Shown one piece after another: positions 30,001 through 39,011 of a stretch of DNA of 56,996 nt (positions within the stretch are counted from its first letter, which is position 1; the number at the start of each line of letters is the position of its first letter). The notes under the pieces were generated by a model. That model was given only the letters and a program-made list of their open reading frames with translations, ran no database searches and was not told the origin of the DNA. The stretch covers positions 1-56,996 of the forward strand of contig JBGPQV010000020.1 in assembly GCA_041489255.1 (NCBI GenBank), in the 5' to 3' direction. The stretch comes from Thermoplasmata archaeon. GTDB lineage: Archaea; Thermoplasmatota; Thermoplasmata; RBG-16-68-12; JAFNFQ01. A program made the position numbers and the translations under genes.

Positions 30001-31473
30001 ATCGATGTCCTCGCGTTCAGGCTTGTCTCGGAGGGTACCTCTGACCAGAGGATGCTCGGGCTGGAGCAGATAGTCAACCAGGGGGTACAGCATGAGATGC
30101 AGTTCCTGGTGCAGGCGCAGAACGGTCAGGGGCGGGGCATCGTGTGGTTCCCCGGGGACCAAGACGCGCACCCGTGGCTGACCTCATGGGGCCTGATCAC
30201 ATTCAAGGACGCAATCGATGCGGGATTCGGCGTCGACGAGAAGGTCCTCACCCATATGCAGTCCTGGCTGGGCTCCATCCAGAACTCCGACGGCAGCTGG
30301 CAGTTCCCGGAATGGGGTATCTACGAGTTCAACAACCCGATATTGAAGAGCAAGCAGATTGCGACGACCGCGTACATAGCCCGTGCCCTGATCTATTCTG
30401 GATATCCCGCGGACGGCCCGGCGGTTCAGAAGGCCCTGGGCTACGTGCAGTCGAAGGTGCACGACAGCTGGGACGACCCCTACATGCTCGCGCTGTCGCT
30501 CATCGTGCTTGTCGATGGAGATGGGCCATCAGCTCTCCGAAGCGATATCGCGGCACGTCTCGTCGAGCTCAAACAGGTGGACAACGGCACGGCTTACTGG
30601 AAGTCACCGAGTTCCCTCCTCTCCGATGGCAATTACCGCTGGGGCGGGTACTTGGGAGCCTACGACAGCAGGACGAGCGAGACGACCGGCTATGTGGTCA
30701 TGGCCCTGCAAAAGCAGAGCGGGATCACGGGAGACGTCTCGGCGGGCGTGGAGTTCTTGCTCTCCAGACGCAACGAGTTCGGAGGATATCTGTCGACGCA
30801 GGACACCGTCGTGGCCTTGCAGGCGCTCCTCGCGATCGGAAGTGGAAGCGCTGCGGACAACCTTGACGTGACGGTTGAGATTGGCGGGGCGACTGTTGGC
30901 TCCGTCCACTTCGACCAGACTTCGAGGGACATCACCTACATGCTCGACATCACGAGCCACCTCGACACGGTCACTCTCGTGAACATCTCCTCGAGCGGCG
31001 CGGGCTCCGTGGTCTACCAGGTGGTGCTGAGCCAGTACATCCCCTGGGATGAGGTCGTACAGCCGCCATGCGAGCTTTGCTTCGATCTCTCCTACAGCGA
31101 CACGGCTATCCAGGTCGGTGAGAGAATCACCGCCAATGCCGAACTCACATACAACGGGGAAGCGCCCCAACTCAAGATGGTCCTCGTGACGATCAAGTCG
31201 GGAGTCGGCTTGACGTTCGACGCCGCGGCGCTGGACGCCATGGTCTCCAACCAGACGTATGCCAATGGGACAATCTCGCTCTACGAGCTCGGTGAGAACT
31301 CGGTCGTCCTGTACCTGCAAAACATCAACAAGGGAGAGACTCTCCGCTTCAGCTTGATTCTGATCGGCTCGACGCCATTCCTCGGCACGATCGAAGGCTG
31401 CCAGGCCCAGGACCTCTACGACCCTGGCTTGGTGACCGTGATACAACCGGTCCAGATGACCGTCACCCGCTAG
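27001..31473 (+). CDS. Alpha-2-macroglobulin / thioester-containing protein, membrane anchored
   Basis: QTDKPIYQPGQ (MG2), YVLPRF, RTFFPETWYW, PDSITTW, VFQEFFV, thioester GCGEQ (CGEQ at 29971-29982), QNSDGSW and GGYLSTQDTVVALQAL. Start is ATG 27001 (AGGTG upstream) or GTG 26986. Confidence 0.95.
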   Translation: MSDEPKRRAALRRQRQSFFGKIIVFCTIAAVMGSGLVAYNTSRFILTDRNNVTAYIPDTILTDAPGSALVMLTDRHGAPLAGEPVTVEVTRDGNLVWTETAMTDEGGVATPSFTGLSLTGSSEVTVRGAGEVLTKKVTVKTTTRIFLQTDKPIYQPGQVVHIRTLAFSGTSPTVSLQNVTLEISTPEGDRIFRKILAPDEYGIASYDYQLGSRLPLGLYKIKAAVGSESTEKAFGVQRYVLPRFVIEFRDMRGWYGFADDIDGRVCVDYVFGEHVQGTATLSVRAFVGDWHDVTVVTRSLSNGCMSLHVPATDLPHDGATGYAELKATVTDTAGHSESKTKDIPLSSTPILITALSDTNVPGAQSNYYIVARWPDGTPVSSAQVRSYSNGYRDTTTDVRGVALVSFTYQGQDSLSITVTKGNYSSTLSTGLRSEAGIKVVADKAHYEVGETANFQVYFSGSTLTNWAYYEVVARDFVIMTGRVTLTGGTSSFSMQIDRPMVPLAEVRVYKTLSDLTVSKDNVVFTVGTFSDLRVNITADKQEYRPGEDVRLDFAVSDGAQPTAAALGIAIVDRAVYEVDERFKGLEDALNGNHGDVSYDSQVIDYVYGESSIPPDAGAPLVVSPEAAAEGQMQSTLPVKRQMAAQAQDSAVSFFWSALLFVGLTGYVGLVVLGIRNRKYAAVVVALAVMIPAFAALGYFAQRNYTSFPSDSGFGGALLGSGSGGAGMGFPTAGSAPVLLGGGNERWFYGDQGGQTGITGGLIAAPARVRTFFPETWYWNPSLIVGPDGVGNVTLPAPDSITTWMVDAVASTKDAKFGSGSSEVRVFQEFFVEPDIPVAAVKNDTFDLDVSVFNYVSDLNVTNDVTVQLMPDSWFTITGPSQKSLSLPPFSVLSTYFTITATEIGEHNVTVLAGNARISDAVVRVIRVDPRGSPTDETFGGRLTGSETKSVTLVLRTDRIPGTESASLRIQPSMAAAVLDGADNYIHYVSGCGEQSMSTLNIDVLAFRLVSEGTSDQRMLGLEQIVNQGVQHEMQFLVQAQNGQGRGIVWFPGDQDAHPWLTSWGLITFKDAIDAGFGVDEKVLTHMQSWLGSIQNSDGSWQFPEWGIYEFNNPILKSKQIATTAYIARALIYSGYPADGPAVQKALGYVQSKVHDSWDDPYMLALSLIVLVDGDGPSALRSDIAARLVELKQVDNGTAYWKSPSSLLSDGNYRWGGYLGAYDSRTSETTGYVVMALQKQSGITGDVSAGVEFLLSRRNEFGGYLSTQDTVVALQALLAIGSGSAADNLDVTVEIGGATVGSVHFDQTSRDITYMLDITSHLDTVTLVNISSSGAGSVVYQVVLSQYIPWDEVVQPPCELCFDLSYSDTAIQVGERITANAELTYNGEAPQLKMVLVTIKSGVGLTFDAAALDAMVSNQTYANGTISLYELGENSVVLYLQNINKGETLRFSLILIGSTPFLGTIEGCQAQDLYDPGLVTVIQPVQMTVTR

Positions 31474-31530
31474 CACACAGGCCGGCAAATACGTTAAATA
31501 GAGGGGCCAGCCGTGATTGCACGGGTGGCG

Positions 31531-33441
31531 ATGAAGACGGAGACAGAGGGCACCTTCCGGATTACTGTCAACGACAAGATACTCGTGCATCTGCTCGAGT
31601 ACACCCGCTACAATGATCGGCCGGAGGTGCCGAGGGAGATCACTCAGCAGGGAATCTCGGAGATCGTCGGCGCCAGGCGCTCTCACGTCTCGCTCGCGCT
31701 CTCGACCCTGAAAGAACGTTCCCTCGTCGAGGAGAAGACCGTAAGGGTCACTGACGAGGTCAGGAGGAGGAAGGGCTACTTCCTCACCTCCAAGGGCTTC
31801 GAGACCGCGAAGGGTCTCGCCGAGAAGTACCAGATGTTCAAAGTCAGGATCGAGGAGGCTGGCGGCGTAAAGGAGGCCATGATTTCCGAGCTGCCCCAGC
31901 TACTCGGAGAGAAGTACTACCTCGTTGACGTCCTGTGCTGCCTCAACAAGGATGGCACTCTCGACATTGCAGAGTTGACCGGTCAGAAAGCCGAGGCAAT
32001 CCAGGAAGACAAGACGAAAGCGCCCCTGGCTAGGGCGATGGCCGCATGCCCGATGTGCTCGACGAGGGTCGAGTTCCCGTACGACAACGAGGCGATACTT
32101 ACTGTCGTGTGTGGGTCGTGCGGCAACACGTTCAGGACTTCTGTCGGCTCCCCGGTCTATGCGCCGCAATCACAGGTCCAAGTCGAGATGACGGCGCCAG
32201 TCGCAGCGACTCAGAAGAGAGGCACTGAGACCGGGCTGATGACCCTCCTCGCGGGATTGGCGATATCGGTTGCAGTCTCGCTGATCATGTTGACTTCGCT
32301 CTTTTTCATCTCATGCGGGCTGCTTCTCGGTGCATTTCCATTGCTGCTGGTCTCCATTTTCTCCCTGAAAAAACAGGAGGATCGCGCGCAGGTCGCATTT
32401 GGTGCCTCCATGCTGTTTGCAGCCCCGTTTTTCGTCCTGTCCGACAGCCTCAGGGTCTTCTGGGTCGGGTTGCAGTTCGCAGGGACGTTCGCGCTCGCGG
32501 CCGCTGTCGCGAATCTCGTCATTAAGTCTCTTCGGCTCAGGCTGACCATGGCGGGGGCGTACGCGATTGCCGCAAGCCTCGTCCCGGCCGCGGTACCCTG
32601 GGGGATTCCTCTCGGATTCGGTCTCCTTATCGGGTGCGCCGCATTGATGACCGCCATCATGTTCACTGCGGAGATCAAGGAAACTCGCGAAAAGGACGCT
32701 ATTGCGGTAGCCGGTTTCGTCGCTGCCTTCGGGGCCGTCTCATACATGCATTGGATGACAGTGCCGACCTGGGACATGCTGGCCATAGCCAGGATCGCGC
32801 TGGTCACCGCCACTCTGTACGCCTTTGCCGCCTTCGCAAAACCGGTCGCGGCCAAGACGCGCGCCGAGATTGTGTCCGTTCTCGGTGTTTTCCTCATTGC
32901 ACTGGGGACGTTCACGGCGGTGGCATCCCCCTTCATCGGCTGGCAGTCCGACCTCGCCGCGTACCTGGCTGTGTTTGGCGGTGGTGCGGTATGTGCGGCT
33001 AGAATGATCCGGAAACAGGATGATCTGTGGGCCCAAGTCTGCATGGGATCCGGCTTTTTCCTCGCCGTGATTAGTGTGTCTTTGATCGTTGCTAGGTCGT
33101 CCACGCTTTCGCTTCCATGGTTGGTGTCCCTCGGCCTCTGGCTCGCCGTGGGGCTTTCGCTGTGCGCGATTCGATTCGCCCGCGAAGTCACGGAATGGAT
33201 TGTTTCGGTCAGGGCAGGCACCATTGCCGCCGCCGGAGCATCGGTCATCTTGGCGGGAGTGTACATGCTGATGCTGGGGTTCGGGGCAGAGGGGGCGGTC
33301 GAGCTCGCCCTCGGAACCCCACTTGTCGGTTACGCGGTGTTTCGGAGCGGGGCGCCGTGGGTGCCGCGGCTGGCGGTCAGCTCATTGCTAATCGCGACCG
33401 TGGCGGCAACCTGGTATGCGGTCGTGATTGGACTCGGTTGA
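31531..33441 (+). CDS. Winged-helix + zinc ribbon + polytopic membrane domain protein (putative membrane-bound regulator)
   Basis: ITQQGISEIVGARRSHVSLALSTLKERSLV...YFLTSKG wHTH; CPMC...CGSC; then more than 10 hydrophobic helices. Start is ATG 31531 or GTG 31513. Confidence 0.85.
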   Translation: MKTETEGTFRITVNDKILVHLLEYTRYNDRPEVPREITQQGISEIVGARRSHVSLALSTLKERSLVEEKTVRVTDEVRRRKGYFLTSKGFETAKGLAEKYQMFKVRIEEAGGVKEAMISELPQLLGEKYYLVDVLCCLNKDGTLDIAELTGQKAEAIQEDKTKAPLARAMAACPMCSTRVEFPYDNEAILTVVCGSCGNTFRTSVGSPVYAPQSQVQVEMTAPVAATQKRGTETGLMTLLAGLAISVAVSLIMLTSLFFISCGLLLGAFPLLLVSIFSLKKQEDRAQVAFGASMLFAAPFFVLSDSLRVFWVGLQFAGTFALAAAVANLVIKSLRLRLTMAGAYAIAASLVPAAVPWGIPLGFGLLIGCAALMTAIMFTAEIKETREKDAIAVAGFVAAFGAVSYMHWMTVPTWDMLAIARIALVTATLYAFAAFAKPVAAKTRAEIVSVLGVFLIALGTFTAVASPFIGWQSDLAAYLAVFGGGAVCAARMIRKQDDLWAQVCMGSGFFLAVISVSLIVARSSTLSLPWLVSLGLWLAVGLSLCAIRFAREVTEWIVSVRAGTIAAAGASVILAGVYMLMLGFGAEGAVELALGTPLVGYAVFRSGAPWVPRLAVSSLLIATVAATWYAVVIGLG

Positions 33442-33542
33442 GCTCCGGCGACCCCTGTTCCCGCCATTTGAAACCCCTCCATCCAAACCGCAATGGATTT
33501 ATACCATAGGATTCTTGGTCTGCTTCCCAACGGAGATTCCGC

Positions 33543-33929
33543 ATGGCGCAGTGGCAAGGTAGGTCGAGACGCAAGCCCTCTGGCGGCAGGTACAGGCCCC
33601 AGCGCAAGAAGCGCAGGTTCGAGATAGGCCGTGAGCAGCAGTACGCCTCCATAGGGACTCAGCGCCTGAAGCTCTACAGGACCAAGGGCGGAAACCAGAA
33701 GGTCAGGATGCTCGCCGCGGAGTTCGCGAACGTGACCGACCTCGCCAGCGGCCAGACGAAGAAGGTCAAGATCGTGACCGTCAAGGACAACCCCAGCAAT
33801 CCTCACTTCGTCACGAGGAACATCGTCACCCGCAGTGCGATAATCCAGACCGAGCTGGGCATGGCCAGAGTTACTTCGAAGCCCGGGCAACATGGCGTCA
33901 TCAACGCCGTCCTCGTGAAGACCAGCTAG
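33543..33929 (+). CDS. rps8e: 30S ribosomal protein S8e
   Basis: MAQWQGRSRRKPSGGR, RTKGGN and VTSKPGQHGVINAVL. Confidence 0.98.
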   Translation: MAQWQGRSRRKPSGGRYRPQRKKRRFEIGREQQYASIGTQRLKLYRTKGGNQKVRMLAAEFANVTDLASGQTKKVKIVTVKDNPSNPHFVTRNIVTRSAIIQTELGMARVTSKPGQHGVINAVLVKTS

Positions 33930-34843
33930 TCCTCGTCTCGCTCGTCCTCAGGGACTTCCAGCTTCTCCCACCGCGCTTCCTCTTTCTCTGGCTCCTTCCA
34001 GAATCGCTCGACATATTTCTGGTAGTTCTTGACGATCGTATCGGCCAGACTGGGCGACACGAGGAATTTGAGCTTCCCGCCTTTCCTCAGTTTGATCGTG
34101 ACAACCATCACATTTCTCAGACCCCTCATGTGGGATTTCGGCTCCTCCGCTATGGCGTCCCAGGAGAGTTCCACCACATTCTCCTTCGCCCCGTACCGCA
34201 GATGCAGGTCGTCCGCCTCGATCGTCCCGCCATAGACCGGTCCGACCCCTTTGAGGAAGAACCAGCCCTTGTGCGCCTCCACCTTATCCTTGATCGCCTT
34301 CCTGAACTTCCCCCAATTGCCGATCAATTCCTTCGGCACGATGAGCGGGTCGGCCTCGGGGTCCTTGAGTGTCATGACGAAGTAAGGGAAGTTCAGTCCC
34401 GCCTCGTTCGGGTAGAAAGCGGCAATCTCGCTGGAGAACACGAACCTCGGAGGGCGGCCGTGATCGAAGTCGTCCTCCGAGCCTATGGGCAGTCTTACGC
34501 CGAGCTCGTAGACCCTCAGCGGCTTCACCGCCCGCCTGATCCGCCTCGTGTCGCCGACGAAGAGCGCTGCCCAATACAGGAGCGCCCCGGCGAGAAGAGC
34601 GCCGAGCGCCTGGACGTACAGGGGGAATTGCATGACATAAAAGACGAACACGAGGATTATCACGGCGAATCCGATGAAAGCCGCGATAGCCAAGATGTCG
34701 CCCACGATGTAAGTCCGGCGGACGCCACGGGATTTCTTGTTCTTGCCTTCTCCATAGACGATCACACCCCTTTCGGGATGGATTGCCGGCTTCGCACCCG
34801 CTGCCGGCGCCTCGGTCTTCGCCTGTGCTCCAGCGTCCATCAC
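33926..34843 (-). CDS. Hypothetical membrane protein (2 TM plus soluble domain)
   Basis: 305-aa GC3-biased ORF with two hydrophobic helices; overlaps the tldE stop, suggesting translational coupling. Confidence 0.75.
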   Translation of the reverse strand: MMDAGAQAKTEAPAAGAKPAIHPERGVIVYGEGKNKKSRGVRRTYIVGDILAIAAFIGFAVIILVFVFYVMQFPLYVQALGALLAGALLYWAALFVGDTRRIRRAVKPLRVYELGVRLPIGSEDDFDHGRPPRFVFSSEIAAFYPNEAGLNFPYFVMTLKDPEADPLIVPKELIGNWGKFRKAIKDKVEAHKGWFFLKGVGPVYGGTIEADDLHLRYGAKENVVELSWDAIAEEPKSHMRGLRNVMVVTIKLRKGGKLKFLVSPSLADTIVKNYQKYVERFWKEPEKEEARWEKLEVPEDERDED

Positions 34844-36153
34844 TCAGCCGACCTCGTGAAACCAATCTTCGTGGCGAGAGCGTAGGGCATGAACGATGGC
34901 ACTGCGACCTCGCCCCACCATTCGACCTCATGCGTCTCCCTGCTCAGGGCCTTCACGTTCTGCCAGAGGTGTAGCAAGTTGTCTGTCAACCTGACGTCCT
35001 TCCACGTCCCGACTATCTCACCCTTCTTCACCCTGAAGATGCCGTCGCGCGGAATCGTGCTGAAATCTCCGGTCGTGTAGTTCTGGTACCTCGTGTACCA
35101 CGTGTTGGTTACGTAGACGCCGTCCTTGCACTCCTCGAACAGCTCCTCCGTCTTCCAGTCGCCGGGTTTCAACACGACTTGATGCGGGTCAGGCCCGACG
35201 AGCCCGGCGTTCGCTGTCGTCTTCGTCTTGAAGATCTTGGCGGTGGACGTGTTGTGCAGGTGTGTCTTCAGTATCCCATTCTGGACAATCGCCGTCCTTC
35301 TCGCAGGGACTCCTTCTGCATCGAACCTCTTCCGACCCCGCCCATCCGCCGTGGCGTCGTCATAGATTGTGACGGCACTGGACGCGACCTTCTTTCCTAT
35401 CTTCTTGCCGAACGGCGACAGGCCTGCCATGACGGCGAAAGCCGAGTTCCTGATGGCCATCTGGTCCGCCATGGAACCCAGGAAGAGCGGCTCGAAGATG
35501 ACGTCGAACTTGCCCGCCTCGCCCCGCTTAGGATCCTTCGCCATAGCGGCAATCTGCCCCGCCTTCTCTCCCGCCTTCTCCGGCCTGAACTTCGTGAAGT
35601 GCGTCGCGCACTCGACCCCGTGTCCACTCGACTCTGGCCCCGCCATGGCCCTGATTGAGAGGTAGAGGTCAGCCCTTCTGTCCTTCGCCTCGACGCCGTT
35701 CGAGGTGGCTAGGTAGTGCGTCTGGTCGTTCTTGAGGAAACTTCCTGCCGTCTCCTTCGCTCCTTCGGCTAGCGCGGCATTTACGGCGGAGTAGACGAAG
35801 TCCGAACCCTCACTGAGCGAGGTTATCCTTTTGTCAACCGCCAGAGGCGGGTACTTGAACGGGCCCTTGGCGATGCCGCCGTATTCCGGGTTCTTCTGAG
35901 ACACCTTCGCGATCCTGACGACCTTCCCGACGGCCTCGTCACTCTTGCTCAGATCCCTGATGTCCGTCATGACCACACGCTTCTCGTAGACTATGAAAAG
36001 CGACGCCGCCTGTTCCCTCCACGAGTTGGTGATGTCGATCTGGTTCTGGCTGAACCTTATTTGGAAGCTGTTGGTCTCGTAGACGTCGGCGACGGCGTCC
36101 TCGCAGCCGAGGCTCAAGGCCTTCTTGACGATCCTGTTGGCGTTGTCTTCCAT
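34840..36153 (-). CDS. TldE/PmbA family protein
   Basis: FDAEGVP, IVQNGIL and GDFST; no HExxxH; follows tldD. Confidence 0.92.
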   Translation of the reverse strand: MEDNANRIVKKALSLGCEDAVADVYETNSFQIRFSQNQIDITNSWREQAASLFIVYEKRVVMTDIRDLSKSDEAVGKVVRIAKVSQKNPEYGGIAKGPFKYPPLAVDKRITSLSEGSDFVYSAVNAALAEGAKETAGSFLKNDQTHYLATSNGVEAKDRRADLYLSIRAMAGPESSGHGVECATHFTKFRPEKAGEKAGQIAAMAKDPKRGEAGKFDVIFEPLFLGSMADQMAIRNSAFAVMAGLSPFGKKIGKKVASSAVTIYDDATADGRGRKRFDAEGVPARRTAIVQNGILKTHLHNTSTAKIFKTKTTANAGLVGPDPHQVVLKPGDWKTEELFEECKDGVYVTNTWYTRYQNYTTGDFSTIPRDGIFRVKKGEIVGTWKDVRLTDNLLHLWQNVKALSRETHEVEWWGEVAVPSFMPYALATKIGFTRSAE

Positions 36154-36157
36154 GTGA

Positions 36158-37570
36158 TCACCTCAAAGCTATGTTGCGAAGGCGCATCGTCGGCCCGCCG
36201 AATGCAGCGTCGAGGGCCTGGGTCGGGTCGCTCTTCCCGCAGAAGCCCGCCTCGAACTCAAGGTCCTTGCCAACAGCGTCCACCGCGGACCAGAAAGCCG
36301 GGGTGGTCACTTCTAGAACGGTCTTGCGCACCGGGTGCTTCACCTCGCCGTTCTCTATGAGGTAGGCCTCTCGACCGACGTATTTCCCGTTCCACCTCTT
36401 GTCGTCGATGTTCCACTCCATGAACGACTTCATGTATACGCCGGACTTCACCTCTTCCAGCATCTCTTCGACCCCCCAGTCCTTCGGCTCCACGAATGTG
36501 TTCGCCATCCGCACGATCGCCTCGCGGTCATAGTTGGTCGCCCTCGCGGCGCCGTTGCTCCTGGTGCCGAGCTTCGCCGCCGTCTCGCGGTTCTGGAGGA
36601 ACTCGTTGATCCTGCCTTCCTTGTAAAGATACCTCCGGCGGGACTTGACGCCCTCATCGTCGTAGGCGTAGAAGGCGATCGCGTTGGCCAGAGTGGGGTC
36701 ATCCACAACGTTCACGGATGCACTCCCAACCTTCTTTCCGATCATGTCCGGAGTGATGAACGACTTGCCAGCCTGAGAGGCCTCCCTCCCGAGGATCCTG
36801 TCCGCCTCAGTCGGATGCCCGCAGCTCTCGTGAGAGGCAATCCCGCTCACCTGCGGCCCCACGACCAAGTCCATCTTCCCCTCTGGCGACTTCTTGCCTT
36901 TCTCGAGCGTCAGCTGCAGGCTCTTCGCTTCCTCGATGACCTTATCCATTATCTGTAACTCGTCGAGCGCTTCCCACCCGCCGCTCCATCCGTAGTTACG
37001 GTAGCTCTGCTCTGCGTCCCCCTTCCCCGCCACGGTGAGATAGTAGTAGAGCCGGATGCGCGGCGAATACGACTTGATCTCCGAGCCTTCGCTGTTGACG
37101 AACAGCTTCCTTATCCTGTTGTGGGACATGATGAACATCCTGGCGGGCATCTTCAGCTTCAGACCGAGCACGGCCTCGTCAAGTTCCACAAGGTCCCTTA
37201 TCTTCCGGTCGGTCGGGACGTCGGCGATCTTCACCTTCTCGGGGACGGACCACTCAGTCACCACAGTATCCTCTTTCACGAACGATATCGGGTCCTTCCT
37301 CGCGGCACCCTTCGCCTTTTTCATGGCGGAGTCGACCGCGTCGCGCACATCGCCCTTGTTGAGGCGGTTCGTAGAGGAGAACGCGAGTCCTCCCTTCGCG
37401 AGCACGCGGACGCCTATCCCGGTGTCCTCGGAGAAACCGAGCGCGTCGAGCACCCCGTTCTTCAGTATCATCTGCTCGCCAATCTGGTATTCGTGCCGGG
37501 CTTCAGCATAGCTGGCGCCCCTGCTCCTCGCATACTCGACGGCAAAATGGGCTAGGTCTTCCCCTGACAT
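36158..37570 (-). CDS. tldD: TldD family metalloprotease
   Basis: GIGVRVL, HESCGHPTEADR (HExxxH), YDDEGV, RMANT and CGK. Start trimmed to MSGEDL. Confidence 0.93.
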   Translation of the reverse strand: MSGEDLAHFAVEYARSRGASYAEARHEYQIGEQMILKNGVLDALGFSEDTGIGVRVLAKGGLAFSSTNRLNKGDVRDAVDSAMKKAKGAARKDPISFVKEDTVVTEWSVPEKVKIADVPTDRKIRDLVELDEAVLGLKLKMPARMFIMSHNRIRKLFVNSEGSEIKSYSPRIRLYYYLTVAGKGDAEQSYRNYGWSGGWEALDELQIMDKVIEEAKSLQLTLEKGKKSPEGKMDLVVGPQVSGIASHESCGHPTEADRILGREASQAGKSFITPDMIGKKVGSASVNVVDDPTLANAIAFYAYDDEGVKSRRRYLYKEGRINEFLQNRETAAKLGTRSNGAARATNYDREAIVRMANTFVEPKDWGVEEMLEEVKSGVYMKSFMEWNIDDKRWNGKYVGREAYLIENGEVKHPVRKTVLEVTTPAFWSAVDAVGKDLEFEAGFCGKSDPTQALDAAFGGPTMRLRNIALR

Positions 37571-37648
37571 GAGACCCATCTCCTTGGCGTTCTGCGAATG
37601 CATGCGGCGCATTAAACCTATGCCGAGATGGAGGGAGGCCGCTCTGTC

Positions 37649-38584
37649 TCAAGGCATGCAGGTGCAGCTGAAGAGGTCGGTGGAAAGGTACCTCAACGCG
37701 CAGTCGGGGAGCAGTGTGACAACTCGTCCCTTCCTCATCTTCTTCGCCAGCTTCAGCGCCGCGAAGACGTTCGCGCCGGAGGATATGCCCGCCAAGACTC
37801 CCTCCTCCTTCGCGAGGCGCCTGGCCGTCTGCATGGCCTCATCGTCGGTGACCGTGACCACCTCGTCGTAGAGAGATGTGTCCAAGACGCCGGGGATGAA
37901 CCCCTCGCCGATTCCCTCGATCTTGTGATATCCGGGCTTGCCTCCGGAAAGCACCGGCGATCCCGCCGGTTCGACTATGACTATCCTCACTCCGGGCACC
38001 TTCTTCCTCAGGGCCCGCGCGACTCCCGAAATCGTCCCGCCAGTCCCGGCAGCCGCGACGAAGACGTCCAGCTTCCCGCCGGTCTGTGCCACGATCTCCT
38101 TCCCCGTGGTCCTCTGGTGGGCCAATGGATTGTTGATGTTCTCGAACTGATGAGGCATGAACGCGCCCGGTGTCTTCTCCAGGATATCGTGCGCCTTGCG
38201 GAGAACCCCCGGGATTCCATCTTCCTTCCTTGTCAGGACGACTTTGGCGCCCAGCGTCTCGCAGATAATCCTTCTCTCCTTGCTGACGAACTCCGGCATG
38301 ACCACAATCATTTTGTATCCTTTCAGGGAAGCGACGAGTGAGAGAGCGATGCCGGTGTTGCCCGTGGTAGGTTCGACGATTGTGGCACCGGGTTTCAGAT
38401 CCCCCCTCTTCTCCGCCTCCTCGATCATGAACAGGGCGATCCGGTCCTTCACGCTGCAGGTCGGGTTCATGAACTCCATCTTCACGAGGACCTCGGCCTT
38501 GAGGCCCTTCCCCATCTTGTTCAGCCTCAGCATCGGCGTCGAACCAATCATGTCGAGGACGCTGTCGTAGATCGGGGCCTTCAT
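37649..38584 (-). CDS. cysK: Cysteine synthase (O-acetylserine sulfhydrylase family)
   Basis: IGSTPM, SVKDR (PLP Lys), TTGNTG, GTGGT, HKIEGIG, GISSGA and RYLST. Confidence 0.92.
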   Translation of the reverse strand: MKAPIYDSVLDMIGSTPMLRLNKMGKGLKAEVLVKMEFMNPTCSVKDRIALFMIEEAEKRGDLKPGATIVEPTTGNTGIALSLVASLKGYKMIVVMPEFVSKERRIICETLGAKVVLTRKEDGIPGVLRKAHDILEKTPGAFMPHQFENINNPLAHQRTTGKEIVAQTGGKLDVFVAAAGTGGTISGVARALRKKVPGVRIVIVEPAGSPVLSGGKPGYHKIEGIGEGFIPGVLDTSLYDEVVTVTDDEAMQTARRLAKEEGVLAGISSGANVFAALKLAKKMRKGRVVTLLPDCALRYLSTDLFSCTCMP

Positions 38585-38699
38585 GGATGTCCCGTCATCT
38601 GTCGCGTCCTTGCGAACACATGCGACCCATTAAACCTATGCAGAAGTCAGGGCGGCGAGGCGTGGGCAATTCTTATATCCCGAGGCCATTGGGTGATTC

Positions 38700-38996
38700 G
38701 TGGCCAAGAAGGAGAAGCCGATAGTACTCTACCCCGCATACTTCGATTTGGGGCGGAGCAGGGAAGAGGGCCGCAGGGTGCCGAGGAACATGGCGATCCA
38801 GAGCCCCAAGGTCGAGGAGGTGCATCAGGCGGCCAAAGCCCTCGGGCTGCAAGCCATAATAGACCCCGACAGGAGCCACCCCACGACCCCGTTCCAGAAG
38901 GAAGGGCGGGTGCTGATCCAGGGGAACTATGTGAAGACCTCCATCATCAGAAGGATCGCCGAGAACCTGATAGCGACGCGCGCGTCGCCGCGGTAG
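38700..38996 (+). CDS. srp19: Signal recognition particle protein SRP19
   Basis: VLYPAYFD...SREEGRRVP and HP...GRV. Confidence 0.95.
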   Translation: MAKKEKPIVLYPAYFDLGRSREEGRRVPRNMAIQSPKVEEVHQAAKALGLQAIIDPDRSHPTTPFQKEGRVLIQGNYVKTSIIRRIAENLIATRASPR

Positions 38997-39011
38997 CTCG
39001 GAGAGTCTCAA

